Shown: piece by piece, positions 1-13,070 of the stretch
Numbering within the stretch: the first letter of the stretch is position 1
Layout: each line of letters starts with the position of its first letter
Assembly: GCA_002269645.1 (NCBI GenBank)
Contig: NIVC01000197.1
Location: forward strand, 186,001 to 250,000
Reading direction: 5' to 3'
Source of the DNA: Macrostomum lignano
Taxonomy: Eukaryota
Length of the DNA: 64,000 nucleotides
The notes under the pieces: generated by a model
Database searches by the model: none
Seen by the model: the letters and a program-made list of their open reading frames with translations, nothing else
Told to the model about the DNA's origin: nothing
Program-made: the position numbers and the translations under genes

Positions 1-215
1 ATCTGACCCGCTTAAGGCTTATGTCTCTTCTCTCCACTCTTCTCTCTTATCTCTCCTTTTTCTTCTCTCCTCTTATCTTTTCTCTCACGTCTGTTCTCTC
101 ATTTCTTTTCTTTTCTCTCTCCTCTATTCCCTCTTACTTTCCTCTCTCATCTCTCCCGGTAGTCATGAGCTAGATTATTTATTTGGCCCTTGAAGTAAAA
201 TTGTTTGCTGACAAA
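1..215. mobile_element. Partial copy of GA/TC-rich non-autonomous hAT-like element family
   Basis: TC-rich tract followed by atgagctagattatttatttggcccttgaagtaaaa, the reverse complement of the family end seen at 60030-60070. Confidence 0.4.
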
Positions 216-340
216 GGGTTGGACTAATTAATCGTTTGAAAGCTGAATTATAAAAACTTTCTTCATAAATTCAATCATTCATTTTGTTTCATTATAAAGC
301 CTAATAAATCTTCACAAGTCGCTTGAATTTTAGAAAATTT

Positions 341-920
341 CAAGGATCGGCTATAGCTTTTACTTCAGAGGCCAGATAGGATTTTAGTGCATGATTGCGG
401 GTGAGAGGAGGGAATAGATAAGAGGGAATAAAAGAGAGAAGAGAAGAAATAGGATAGGAGAGAGGAGGAGAGAGGAGAGGAGAGAGGATAGAGAAGAGGA
501 GAGAGGAGAAGAGAGGAGAGAGGAGAAGAGAGGAGAGAGGAGAAGAGAGGAGAGAGGAGAAGAGAGGAGAGAGGAGAAGAGAGGAGAGAGGAGAGAGGAG
601 AAGAGAGGAGAGAGGAGAAGAGAGGAGAGAGGAGAAGAGAGGAGAGAGGAGAAGAGAGGAGAAGAGAGGAGAGAGGAGAGAGGAGAAGAGAGGAGAGAGG
701 AGAAGAGAGGAGAGAGGAGAAGAGAGGAGAAGAGAGAAGAGAGGAGAAGAGAGGAGAGAGGAGAGAGGAGAAGAGAGGAGAGAGGAGAAGAGAGGAGAGA
801 GGAGAGAGGAGAAGAGAGAGGAGAAGAGAGGAGAGACGAGAAAGGAGAAAGGAGAGGAAAGAGTTTTAAAGGACGCTAGGGCCGGATAGAGGCTTCGCGG
901 GCCGGAGTTTCACAGCTGGT
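341..920. mobile_element. Non-autonomous hAT-like element with internal (GAGAGGA/GAAGA)n polypurine array
   Basis: Left end caaggatcgg..ttttacttcagaggccagatagg resembles 60016-60055; right end gatagaggcttcgcgggccggagttt matches the reverse complement of 6551-6578. Confidence 0.55.
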
Positions 921-1580
921 GGTCCGGGTGTTACTCCATATTATAGTTTCAGACCTCCTTGACCCAAAGTCCTCTCTCTCTGACCCGCTTTGCACTGTCC
1001 GTAACCGGCCGCCACCCCCAGCGGGAGGAAAGGGATGCGAAGCAACATCAAAGAGAAGCGCGCCGCCGGACAGAGAGAGAAGGAGGAATATAATATTAAG
1101 TGCATAGATTGGGAGAGCGGAAGGGGATTAGTGACATCGTAGGGATAGGAAGCCAACAAAACTTCAATAGGAGAAGATGCTGTTTGGAGGGACTTACGAT
1201 TATTACAGTTATTCATAATAGTGATTCGAGAGCAGAAGGACATTGAGTGCATTTTTCGAAGCTGTAAATTGATGCATAGAAATGTCGAAGCGTACTCAGA
1301 GAACGGCGGTGCCCATTTTGGTGCTGCTCGTGCCAATGAAAGGAATGACTGGCCAGGTAATAGAGAGGCGTGTGTGGTCCTGTCTTGTGCTTGTGTTGCA
1401 GTGACCCTTGGCCCTGTATGGTTAGCAAACAGAGAGAGAAAGTAAACAAAAAGCAGTTTTGGCAGCATTTTTGAATGTCATGTTTCCGCTACAGATAATA
1501 TATTAGCTTTGCTGCTATTACAAAATCATTGTATGTCTATCAACGAATACCAAAATGGCACCATTCAGATCCAAGATGAC

Positions 1581-1658
1581 ACCTACCTACCTACCTACCT
1601 ACCTTCCTACCTTCCTACCTACCTACCTACCTACCTACCTACCTACCTACCTACCTAC
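1581..1658. repeat. (CCTA)n microsatellite
   Basis: Direct tetranucleotide run. Confidence 0.95.
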
Positions 1659-2278
1659 TAACTCCCAACATAACAACCTACTTACCGATATTTAGTATTT
1701 GGGACTCGTATTCAAGCCACACCAGTAACCAAGTATTATTGCAACAGAAGACAGTACAGAAATGTCGGCACCTTTAAAGCTTCAAAAAGACTGTCCCGCC
1801 ACTATTACAAAGAGCCGCCGCCGCCGCCCGCTAGCATGCTTCTCAAACAAAGACTCCAAACCAGCGGCACGGTCAACTGGAAAGTGCAAAGGGATTTAAC
1901 CAACTTATTAGCCATCGGACAGTGCGGTGAGGACAAAAGGAAAAAGGAGCAGCGTTATTAATAACGGACCGAGCGAACCCCCGACGGTTAATTTGCACCG
2001 AAACTTGTCTCCTTATCTTTTCATGGTGTCAGCCGCGGGGAGCTGGTTGTTATGGCATAAAGCTGGGGTAACTGGGGCACGGCTGTCACTCAGCCGGTGC
2101 AAGAGACCTTTTTGTTACTAAAAAATAGGAATCTTATCTATGCATTCTTTGAAGGGTTCTATTTTTGTGAAGGGTTTACAAAACTGGTGTTCGTTGCTCT
2201 CAGGAAGACAAAATTTTTTTTGAGAGTGCCCCAATATGCGGTGCATGGGAGGTGCCAACTGCGGCCGCCTAACTTCAC

Positions 2279-2917
2279 TATGTCCTTGGGGCTTGGTGCG
2301 CTGTCCTTGGGGCTTGGTGCGCTGTCCTTGGGGCTTGGTGCGCTGTCCTTGGGGCTTGGTGCGCTGTCCTTGGGGCTTGGTGCGCTGTCCTTGGGGCTTG
2401 GTGCGCTGTCCTTGGGGCTTGGTGTGCTGTCCTTGGGGCTTGGTGCGCTGTCCTTGGGGCTTGGTGCGCTGTCCTTGGGGTTTGGTGTGCTGTCCTTGGG
2501 GCTTGGTGCGCTGTCCTTGGGGCTTGGTGCGCTGTCCTTGGGGTTTGGTGTGCTGTCCTTGGGCTTGGTGCGCTGTCCTTGGGGTTTGGTGTGCTGTCCT
2601 TGGGGCTTGGTGCGCTGTCCTTGGGGTTTGGTGCGCTGTCCTTGGGGTTTGGTGCGCTGTCCTTGGGGCTTGGTGCGCTGTCCTTGGGGTTTGGTGTGCT
2701 GTCCTTGGGGCTTGGTGCGCTGTCCTTGGGGCTTGGTGCGCTGTCCTTGGGGTTTGGTGTGCTGTCCTTGGGGCTTGGTGCGCTGTCCTTGGGGTTTGGT
2801 GTGCTGTCCTTGGGGCTTGGTGCGCTGTCCTTGGGGCTTGGTGCGCTGTCCTTGGGGCTTGGTGCGCTGTCCTTGGGGTTTGGTGCGCTGTCCTTGGGGC
2901 TCGTGGCGCTGTCCTTG
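2279..2917. repeat. 21-bp minisatellite (tgtccttggggcttggtgcgc), about 30 copies
   Basis: Direct reading; explains the overlapping SLGLGAL/CPWGLVR ORFs. Confidence 0.95.
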
Positions 2918-3461
2918 GAGGCACTGTATTTAATAGAATGTTATATCTGCATGATATTTGCGGGGATTGATTTGCATTACATTATGTCTGAATCAGCTGT
3001 GAATCGGCTGCGTTTAACAATATTATATAGCCTTAGTGTTCAGGGACGACTACTGTAAGTAAGATGTTATGGTTGGGGTCGATATTGACGGGTTTAGCTG
3101 GAATTCCACAGTCCCACTCAGAAAACTTTTAAAAAACCAATAATGAGTTCCTGCGTCATGGAGGCTTGGCAAAATAAGGCAAGTTTTTTTACAATGTTCA
3201 AGTTGCTTGCGAATTGAAATCTCTTTTTCCTTTGACGAATTTCCCCTTGATGTATTCTCTATCGATTGCACGTGACCTGGTGGTGCCTGCTCACCAAACT
3301 TGCATGTGAAGGGCGAAAAAAATTGCTTTCAAGGTATCTGATGACAAAAAAGAGAGTCTTGAAGTTTTCTTTGCGCTGTTTGTTATTTCAGAGACCTGCA
3401 GCTCAACTTTCCAGCTGCAGTCACGGCATGCTTGTGAAATTTGGCCTGAATTAACCTTATT

Positions 3462-3468
3462 GATAGAC

Positions 3469-3523
<55 letters not shown>

Positions 3524-3528
3524 CAGAC

Positions 3529-3594
<66 letters not shown>

Positions 3595-3633
3595 GTAGGT
3601 AGGTAGGTAGGTAGGTAGGTAGGTAGGTAGATA
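3462..3633. repeat. Compound (GATA)n(GGTA)n microsatellite
   Basis: Direct reading. Confidence 0.95.
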
Positions 3634-4286
3634 CACTGGTAGAGATGTAACAAAACAATGGAAATTGATTGTCATTTTTATTCAAGCCCTGTACTATTCA
3701 TTTATTAGCCGAAAATGGAATTGCAAAACTCACAGAAAAAAATCTACGTTACCAAAAGATTGACTCAACAAAAGGGACAGACAGCACATTGTCTTCGGGA
3801 AAAATGAAAATGAAATTGGCGCCATGAACAAATGACAGTTGGCTCTTAAGTAGCCCACGTAGATAAATTTGATTACGTTCGTAGCATTGACGAGACTTAG
3901 TTCAAGCTTATTTAAACTGAATTTTTCATAAAGAGTTTGGGTACCTGCTCGCACAGGTGGAGCAGGAACCCGCTGCTGACTAGCAGTAATGAGTGCAACA
4001 TGACATCAGCCATTGTGTCACAAACTAGCTCAGAAACAAGAAATCGGTGACATTTAAAATCTATATGCGATATTACGAGTTGCATATAGGAGAAGCATGG
4101 GAGAAATAAACAGGATGTTCGTAAAAGCCGCATCCTGGTAGACCATCTGTCTTCAGTGAGCTTGGGACGCTATAAGTCAGTAGTGCCACCCAGGACTGTG
4201 CATTTATGCCTGGGTGAAGTCATTTTTCAATGTGCGCTTTTGTCACTGAAACTTATGAGTGTCAACAGCTATGCAAGTTATGTAAC

Positions 4287-5903
4287 CACAGAGAGTCAGC
4301 CTGCCCAATCACAGCTCCACTGCAGGCACCACACAGAGAGTCAGCCTGCCCAATCACAGCTCCACTGCAGGCACCACACAGAGAGTCAGCCTCCCCAATC
4401 ACAGATCCACTGCAGGCACCACACAGAGAGTCAGCCTCCCCAATCACAGCTCCACTGCAGGCACCACACAGAGAGTCAGCCTCCCCAATCACAGCTCCAC
4501 TGCAGGCACCACACACAGAGTCAGCCTCCCCAATCACAGCTCCACTGCAGGCACCACACAGAGCGTCAGCCTCCCCAATCACAGCTCCACTGCAGGCACC
4601 ACACAGAGAGTCAGCCTCCCCAATCACAGCTCCACTGCAGGCACCACACAGAGAGTCAGCCTCCCCAATCACAGCTCCACTGCAGGCACCACACAGAGAG
4701 TCAGCCTCCCCAATCACAGCTCCACTGCAGGCACCACACACAGAGTCAGCCTCCCCAATCACAGCTCCACTGCAGGCACCACACAGAGAGTCAGCCTCCC
4801 CAATCACAGCTCCACTGCAGGCACCACACAGAGAGTCAGCCTCCCCAATCACAGCTCCACTGCAGGCACCACACAGAGAGTCAGCCTCCCCAATCACAGC
4901 TCCACTGCAGGCACCACACAGAGCGTCAGCCTCCCCAATCACAGCTCCACTGCAGGCACCACACAGAGAGTCAGCCTCCCCAATCACAGCTCCACTGCAG
5001 GCACCACACAGAGAGTCAGCCTCCCCAATCACAGCTCCACTGCAGGCACCACACACAGAGTCAGCCTCCCCAATCACAGATCCACTGCAGGCACCACACA
5101 GAGAGTCAGCCTCCCCAATCACAGCTCCACTGCAGGCACCACACAGAGAGTCAGCCTGCCCAATCACAGCTCCACTGCAGGCACTACACAGAGCGTCAGC
5201 CTCCCCAATCACAGCTCCACTGCAGGCACCATACAGAGAGTCAGCCTCCCCAGTCACAGCTCCACTGCAGGCACCACACAGAGCGTCAGCCTCCCCAATC
5301 ACAGCTCCACTGCAGGCACCATACAGAGAGTCAGCCTCCCCAATCACAGCTCCACTGCAGGCACCACACAGAGCGTCAGCCTCCCCAATCACAGCTCCAC
5401 TGCAGGCACCACACAGAGAGTCAGCCTCCCCAATCACAGCTCCACTGCAGGCACCACACACAGAGTCAGCCTCCCCAATCGCAGCTCCACTGCAGGCACC
5501 ACACAGAGAATCAGCCTCCCCAATCACAGCTCCACTGCAGACACCACACAGAGAGTCAGCCTCCCCAGTCACAGCTCCACTGCAGGCACCACACAGAGAA
5601 TCAGCCTCCCCAATCACAGCTCCACTGCAGACACCACACAGAGAGTCAGCCTCCCCAATCACAGCTCCACTGCAGGCACCACACACAGAGTCAGCCTGCC
5701 CAATCACAGCTCCACTGCAGGCACCACACACAGCGTCAGCCTCCCCAATCACAGCTCCACTGCAGGCACCACACAGAGAGTCAGCCTCCCCAGTCACAGC
5801 TCCACTGCAGTCACCACACAGAGAATCAGCCTCCCCAATCACAGCTCCACTGCAGACACCACACAGAGAGTCAGCCTCCCCAATCACAGCTCCACTGCAG
5901 GCC
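4287..5903. repeat. 45-bp minisatellite (gagagtcagcctccccaatcacagctccactgcaggcaccacaca), about 36 copies, overlapping the GPCR stop codon
   Basis: Direct reading; 15-aa periodicity in the three long ORFs. Confidence 0.95.
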
Positions 5904-6290
5904 TCGGCTGCCCGCCGACCTCGCGTAGCTCCATCCGCAGCAGCCTGCGCTGGCACTGCCGCTGCCGCTGTTGCTGGAGGCGACGCCGAGCGGCAGCAGC
6001 GCCGCAGAGCAGCCGCAACAGCCGGCGGCAGACGGCCCGGCGGAAGGATCGCAGGGCGAAGCAGTAAAGCACAAAGTTGAGGCTGAACCCGAGGCTCTGC
6101 ATGCAGTTGGTGACGGCTTCCACAGCTTTGTAGGCGGCGTTGGTCTCCAGACTCTCTCGCTGTTCGTCGGAGTTGCCGGCCCGGAGCAGCGCGTAGAGCT
6201 TGATGGTCTCGCTGGGTGCCACCAGGACCAGAAAGGTGACCACGATGCACACCAGAGTGATGGTCATTGTGGTCCCGGAGCGGCCGTCCG
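5884..6290 (-). CDS. Rhodopsin-class neuropeptide (FMRFamide-receptor-like) GPCR, exon 2 (TM6-TM7, C-tail)
   Basis: Acceptor ttccag at 6291; phase 1 joins exon 1 in frame (G|CG GAC GGC..ATG ACC ATC); TM6 ITLVCIVVTFLVLVAP, TM7 FSLNFVLY; TGA at 5884-5886. Confidence 0.85.
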
Positions 6291-6540
6291 CTGGAATTTT
6301 TATTAAAGAAAGTGACTTGAAGAACCATTTTTAAACGACTGGAAACACCATATTCTCGACAGACTGTCTAAGGCAAAACGCAAATTAGCACAATGCAAAA
6401 AAGCAAATCTTTGCGATATCCGTTTTGTGAGATTTTTTCATGATCTGCGACCGCAGCGTCTTTCTGTGTCGTATTGAATTCTTAAAATTGCCCTTTTCCC
6501 GATCTTTGGAATACATTTTAACTTTAAACTCGATGCAGCT

Positions 6541-7074
6541 CAGGGGTCGGCAAACTCCGGCCCTCGAAGCCTCTCTATCAAGATTTATCTTGGGATAGTA
6601 TTGTGAAGTATGTAACTTCACAAAAAGTTACATACTTTTGTGAAACTTCACAATAGCAATCCAGCCCGCTCAAGGTTTGTCTCTCTTCTCAGCTCTCTCA
6701 TCTCCTCTCTTACCTCTCATCTCCTATCCTCTCATCTTCTCTCTTACCTCTTCTTTCTTTTTATCTTCCATCTCTTCTCTCATTTCCTCTCCCATCTCTT
6801 CTCTCATTTCATCTCCCATCTCTTCTCTCCTTTCATCTCCCATCTCTTCTCTCCTTTCATCTCCCATCTCTTCTCTCATTTCATCTCCCATCTCTTCTCT
6901 CGTTTCATCTCATATCTCTTCTCTCCTTTCATCTCCCATCTCTTCTCTCCTTTCATCTCCCATCTCTTCTCTCCTTTCATCTCCCATCTCTTCTCTCCTT
7001 TCATCTCCCATCTCTTCTCTCATTCCATCTCCCATCTGCAGATTCTTTATCTCAAAAATTTTTGCGGACCCACG
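6541..7074. mobile_element. hAT-type MITE with internal TC-rich minisatellite
   Basis: Ends caggggtcggcaaa / tttgcggacccacg (11/14 inverted match); flanks atgcagct / atgtagcc (6/8 putative TSD). Confidence 0.65.
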
Positions 7075-7395
7075 ATGTAGCCTAGCTCGCACATGTTTAA
7101 AACAGCGATTTATCCTGCATTTTAGCTGCAGTTGCCGTTTTCTTACTGACAAGACGGATCGCAGTTCATCCAAAAATCCAAAATTCATTCAAAAATGTTC
7201 TTCTATACAGCGTCCTCCTAGTCAAGAAATCCCCGTGGCCGCCACTTGGAACTGTCAATACACTCGCAGCTTGGAGAGTTCGCCCTCCAGTGCAGCTCGC
7301 CCCCAGCACTTGAGTCGTCACTCTCAGTATGACAGAGACGGAGGCTTCTTTCTGCCCAATCCAGGCCTATTCGTCCAAGGGGGGGGGCGCGTACG

Positions 7396-7817
7396 ACAAG
7401 CTCGAATCTTCACAAGCTCGAATCTTCACAAGCTCGAATCTTCACAAGCTCGAATCTTCACAAGCTCGAATCTTCACAAGCTCGAATCTTCACAAGCTCG
7501 AATCTTCACAAGCTCGAATCTTCACAAGCTCGAATCTTCACAAGCTCGAATCTTCACAAGCTCGAATCTTCACAAGCTCGAATCTTCACAAGCTCGAATC
7601 TTCACAAGCTCGAATCTTCACAAGCTCGAATCTTCACAAGCTCGAATCTTCACAAGCTCGAATCTTCACAAGCTCGAATCTTCACAAGCTCGAATCTTCA
7701 CAAGCTCGAATCTTCACAAGCTCGAATCTTCACAAGCTCGAATCTTCACAAGCTCGAATCTTCACAAGCTCGAATCTTCACAAGCTCGAATCTTCACAAG
7801 CTTGAATCTTCACAAGC
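7396..7817. repeat. 16-bp minisatellite (acaagctcgaatcttc), about 26 near-identical copies, in GPCR intron
   Basis: Direct reading. Confidence 0.95.
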
Positions 7818-8516
7818 GCAACATTTAATTGTGTCATGCTAAATTTTATGCTAAACTTATGAAACGACCCATCGAATTCACCTGGAACTCGACCTGCACA
7901 GACAGTCGCGCCAGAATCACCTCGGTGTTCATCGAGTCTGCTTGGGCGATTACCGGATGCGGTGTCACGCGCAGCCCGCATCCGAGCAAGTTTGAGTCCG
8001 GGGCAGCCTAGCTTGGTCCAGATTTGGCTCAAGATTGGTGCAGTATGCGGAGACTAATGAAATGCGAGAAAACCGTTTGTGTTTTTGTTCTGCGAGTTCA
8101 ACTCGTCGACAGCGAAGACACGTGAGTTGTGCAGAAAAAGTACCTTTCAGGTAAACATATGGCAATTGCAGCCGGTTCTCGGCAAGTCTGGCTAAAGGAG
8201 CAGAAGGCGTGTTGCCGACAGGAGAGCAAGCAAGCCGGAGATGCTCGCGACACAGCGAAGCCAAACCAGTCAAAGTGAACTCGGCATGAAATCCATTAGC
8301 GGCACAAAGCCAGGGCACTTCGCGCTCTCGATTACCGTAAATAAACCGAAATAAGTGACGCCCGCTAAAGAGCTCATACTGCTCCATTAAAATTGAGCAC
8401 ATGCATTGAAACCCCGCTGAAACGTGTTGAACAGAGCCTCGGAGCCTCCTTTTCTGCCCGCAAATGAGGGTAACAATTGTATTGTTAGTTAGACATACAA
8501 GATTTACCATAAGACC

Positions 8517-8976
8517 CACAGATACTAGAATAACTAGATGGGCCACTCAGCACATTTGCGTGTAAGCTACTTTCAGTTCAGTAGCAAGTTAAACTGAAGC
8601 ATTTCAATGTATTCTTAAAGCCAAGCAAGGCTCATTTTAATTGGCTCTTCCCCCCCCCAGCTTAAACCCTCCAAGCGCGCCTTTCCACACTACCCCCCCC
8701 CCTCGTCCCGCCCCAATTTTTACTGCCTTTCTCGGAATTCCAGCCCAAAGCTGCCATGTACATTTCAGTGGACCGGCTAATGTACATTATTGCTGAACCA
8801 ATTAGCAAGCTGTTTACGCCTGCAAGCTTGGGCTTCTTAACTTATCAAAGTCGTTTCAGCAGGCTTTATTCTTATAAAATAGCTTATGTATCCTTCTTTG
8901 CTACTGAACTGAAAGTAGAAAGCTGATTTACTAAGTATATGCCTGAGTGGCCCATCTAGTTATTCTAGTATCTGTG
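8517..8976. mobile_element. MITE with 34-bp perfect TIR, probably P superfamily (copy 1)
   Basis: cacagatactagaataactagatgggccactcag ... ctgagtggcccatctagttattctagtatctgtg; flanks ataagacc/cttagacc (6/8); full-length sister at 61847-62289. Confidence 0.85.
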
Positions 8977-9272
8977 CTTAGACCAGACAGATTCTCACCA
9001 AGCGGGGGTGCGGGGACGGAGTCCTAACCATAGACAAATTTGACTGAAATTTTGTCGACGGACTAAAGATCGATCTGCTTTTGTTGTTTTCGTTGCTATA
9101 AATCCTAATTTTTCTATATTTTCTTTGCGTGCGTTAAATACGCTTTACCAATAAAATCTATCATAGACACATCAAAGCCATATATCAAAGCCATATTATC
9201 GGGCATGCCTAAAGGCTCGCTGACTTAAAAAGCCTACGAACAATAGACCAACGAAAGCGGTCGAGTCCTCAC

Positions 9273-10071
9273 CCTTGCCGGCTGAGCCGGCGGTCGAGCA
9301 GCGACCGCCGCTGTTGCTGTGGCTGTTCGTCAGGCGCCTGCGGTCAGCCACGGCCCGCCTGACGCTCAACAGCAGGCGAGCGTTGCAGTACACGAGAACT
9401 ATCAGCGGCAGAACGTTCCCGGCCAGGGCCCACATCACCCGGTAGGCGGTGTCCACGCCAGGACTGACTATCGCTACGGCCTCTGTGGCGTACATCAGCT
9501 GCCAGTCTGTGCCGGGCTCGGCGCCAGGCAGCGGCGCCAGGCAACGACGGGATTGCGACGACCACAGCATCGGCAGGTTGAACGCCGCGGCGAAAGCGAA
9601 CGCGCCGACAACCACGGCGACGCGGGCCCGACTGTCGCCAACTGGACCGCGGCCTGACCGAGCCCGCAGCGGCTGGCAGACGGCTAGGCAGCGTTGAACA
9701 GCCAGCGCCACAGTCAGCAGCGTCGACGACATGATGAACGCGCTGATGACGGCCGGCGCGGCCATGTGGTAATAGTGTCCGAAGCTGCGGCCGGCGGACA
9801 GGCGGCCGGTCAGCGCGGTGGGCAGGACGCACAGGCTGAACAGCAGGTCGCTGACGGCCAGGACCACCAAGCCGAGCTTGGCGCCGCCGTCGCGAGAGCC
9901 CAGCGAGTTGCGCATGGCCGGGTCGGTGAGTCCCAGCAGGCTAAGGGCGTTGCCAACGACGCCTAGAAGCGAGATAGGCAGCGTGAGACGTTCACTGGCC
10001 GCTACTACCACGGCCGCTGGGCCGTCGGCCTGCAGAGCGAGGCAGAACTGGGAGGAGGAGTTGTTGCTCAT
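9273..10071 (-). CDS. Rhodopsin-class neuropeptide GPCR, exon 1 (TM1-TM5)
   Basis: GNAL (TM1), LAVSDL (TM2), AVQRCLAVCQP (TM3), FNLP (TM4), NVLPLIVLVYCN (TM5); donor gtgagg at 9272; both exons give 401 aa. Confidence 0.88.
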
Positions 10072-12730
10072 ACTCTGTTAACTCGCGCTGTTCCGCTTGT
10101 TCGTGGCGCTTCTGCACGTGAGGCTGCGAGGGCAGAGAAAGGTTTGTATGAGCAATTCCTATTTTATCTATGCGATAATTCCGTGGGCCAATCGGCTGCA
10201 GCAGTCTGGTTGGCTCAGGAGAAAGCGACAGGCCAACAAGGAGATCTCGCACTAGAATCTGGTTCTTGATCTTGGCACGCAGGACGCAAGTGTAAAGCTG
10301 CAATCAATCGAAAAAAATCCTTCAGACTTTGAGTGAAGGGATAGTTCCCTTCAGTTCCGTTCCTAGAATTTACGTCGAAGAAACTAATTTAAAAAACCGC
10401 ATATCAAACCAAGGCCAAAGGAAGAAGATGCTTCAGACGTTTCACTAGATACGGGTCTCCTTTGCTTCCTCTCTCGATCTAGGCACCCGAACCCTTTCAC
10501 TGCTTCAGCAGAGCTCTGTCTCTCTGACCTCTATTGGGTGTTTCTTCTCGCTGTAAATGTCACTCAATAGGCAAATAGTTTAGTTCGGTGCACTTTCGGT
10601 GAAAGCGACCACACGCAGCATGCGTTCGATTGGCGTCTTATCTGTTTGTTAGAGAATTATAGAACTTGTACTATAATATGCACCTAAAGGAGAGCGAACG
10701 CCTTTGATCCGGTATACGAATGAAATTGAATGAATAATATATTGTATATAATATATATACCGGTATATTATTTATATATATTAATAAGTCGGATGAAAAG
10801 ATTGGTGAAAGTTTGCATCCAATTCAGTGCTATGCACCAACTGGAATGGTGCTGGAAAGTTACCCTCGTAAACAAATCTATAGTTTCGTTTAATGAATGT
10901 ACCGTAAGAGGTGCAAGCAATTATACATATACAAGGAATTGAAGATGCGTGCAATATATGCAATTACATAATTTGTTGGATTAAAAAGTTGTGAAAATAA
11001 AAAATCACTACACGGCTTTGTGATCCTAATTGTAGTGCCTATACACGTTATTACGGGAAACATGCATTCTAGAAACTTCTGTATGCTTTTTATAAACCTA
11101 ATAGGTAAACTTTACTAACATTGTCCCGCGTTTTCGGGAACTTAACTCTCATCCCCATGCCAGATGTGGCAATTTTCTTGAAAATTCTCCCGCACATTCC
11201 GAGTTTATAAATAGAAACACCCCCACTGTAGCAAAACCCAGGACTCTTACTCTTCTACCCACTATGAGCGCGTACTGTTTTAGCTACACCTGGCATCTGG
11301 CAGCTACTAAATACGCTTCTCCTTGCTCTCGACTTCCGACGAGCACTAGTTAATCAGCATGAACTACCTAAATAACTTGGTATATCTATTCATCTCTTTT
11401 TATAAAGATACAACACCTTACGCTACAGTATTTGCATGTACATAAATGTATATATCACCATGGCAGTAAATTAATGAAGCCAACATTGCAGTAGGCTTTT
11501 TGGGATTCCTTGGGGGGTTCCTTTTGGTTTGGTGATTTTAGTAGCATACGGGAATCAGAAAAACAGTGAATTTGATTAAGTGTCTATATAGATGAAGAAT
11601 TGTGATTGCAAGTTTTATTGAAAAACAACGAAAGTATAATCATAGATTTTAATTAGCTAAGTATATTTATGACACAGGTTGAGTTCCACGGATTGTTGTG
11701 AGTTTTATACTCATCAATTTAAACAAACGATTATTGCATACCTATTTATACCTTTGTTTATTCGTGATGTAACCGCTAATTTTTGCGATTTAATTAAGTT
11801 TTTTATATCAAATTAGTTAGGTTAAGAGCACTTATTATGTAACTAACCATAAATTTAGTTCACTAATTCAATTGCATCCACACATTATGAATTTTAAATA
11901 TGCAAAAATAAATAAGATTTTGTTTTTGATGGCATCTAGTGACCTAGACAGTCATGAAAAAATTTCAAGACCACTGTTATTATTTATAAATTCAGTCTTT
12001 GAAACTTTAATTTTTGGTGTACTAGTAAAGTAAAGCTGGAAATATGTAGAAGGTAGTGTGTAGGTAGCATGTAGAAGGTCAAATTTAATCTTTAAACCAT
12101 TGGATAATTGGATTAATATTTGACCAGTTAGACCAATTAAAACTCACATTTCAGAAAAATCTTAAATCTGTAGTTCCGTACTTCACTGATATGCTATGTT
12201 ATCGGTTTTCTATCATTGAAAGGAAGAAGGTTACATGATTGTGTAAATTGTAGTCCTTGGCCCAAATTTAGCTCTTTAGATTAGCTTTTTAGAATACTTT
12301 AGCTTTATAATACTTTATACTTTAGCTTTTAGCATATTTAAGCATATATAAGCATATATTACATCTAAAATTCTAATTAATTAAAATCTAAAGTTTGATA
12401 AGCTGTATAAAATTGATGGCATTTTACATAGCCTATCACAATTGTAGGCGGAGAGAGTTTCTAAAGTCTGATTCAAGTTTATTTTATTCCGTCAGAGCAT
12501 ATCTTCAAAATGGTTTCTATAAGAGACAAATCGTTAAAATTTAATTCGGCATTTATATCACTTTTATCTTTCTATGAATATGCCTCTATACCACTGAGAA
12601 CAAGAAATATGAAAAATTGTGACATTTTTATCATCTTTATGATTTCATCTATAGTTAATTTAATATTTCGAAAACTAATTACTTTACTACTAAGTTAGCT
12701 AACTTAGTTTTCGTTCCATTTCAGGTGACA

Positions 12731-12784
12731 ATGGCGGATGCAAAGGAATATATTACTAAACGGGAAATCCCACAACTTTTCGAA
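12731..12784 (+). CDS. AK5: AK5-like adenylate kinase exon 1 (MADAKEYITKREIPQLFE)
   Basis: Closely resembles the AK5 N-terminus (DAKEYLARREIPQLFE); donor gtaaga at 12785. Confidence 0.85.
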
Positions 12785-12868
12785 GTAAGATATTGAGCAG
12801 TCTATTAAAAAATTAAAGAATTATCAAGTACTCAAATACCAATGAAAACTATTGCTGCATCATTCCAG

Positions 12869-13070
12869 TGCCTGATGACAGCGCTGATGTACCACAGGCC
12901 GACTGATCACCTCAGCTTCATTCAGGAATGCGTCGAGAGGGTGAAACTGCATGGCGTGTCCAGCGTCCGCTGGGACCTCTTCCTGGAGGAGGGCGGCGGC
13001 GGTGCCAACAAGGCCGGCCGCCAGCTGCCCCCGGTGACCCCGCCAGGCTCCAGCCGCGCCTCAAGCCGAG
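12869..13070 (+). CDS. AK5: AK5-like exon 2 (rest of N-terminal docking/dimerisation domain)
   Basis: Acceptor ttccag, CLMTALMYHRPTDHLSFIQECVERVK..VRWDLF, donor gtatgt at 13071. Confidence 0.85.

Noticed and set aside
941-1468. 175-aa ORF and overlapping short ORFs
   Set aside because: No recognisable domain or splice context; a faint hAT C-terminal resemblance (ASSPIE) is too weak.
2097-3058. Long ORFs with SLGLGAL/CPWGLVR/PRTAHQ repeats
   Set aside because: Translations of a stop-free 21-bp minisatellite in several frames; no unique domain.
4156-6328. 590-688 aa repeat ORFs on both strands
   Set aside because: By-products of the 45-bp array; the real CDS here is GPCR exon 2 in another frame.
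7396-7817. Heat-shock element array (cGAAtcTTCa in each 16-mer)
   Set aside because: Only two nGAAn units per monomer and a 16-bp period breaks the phase needed for a three-unit HSE.
7965-8546. 193-aa minus-strand ORF in the GPCR intron
   Set aside because: Starts inside a MITE TIR and has no recognisable motif.
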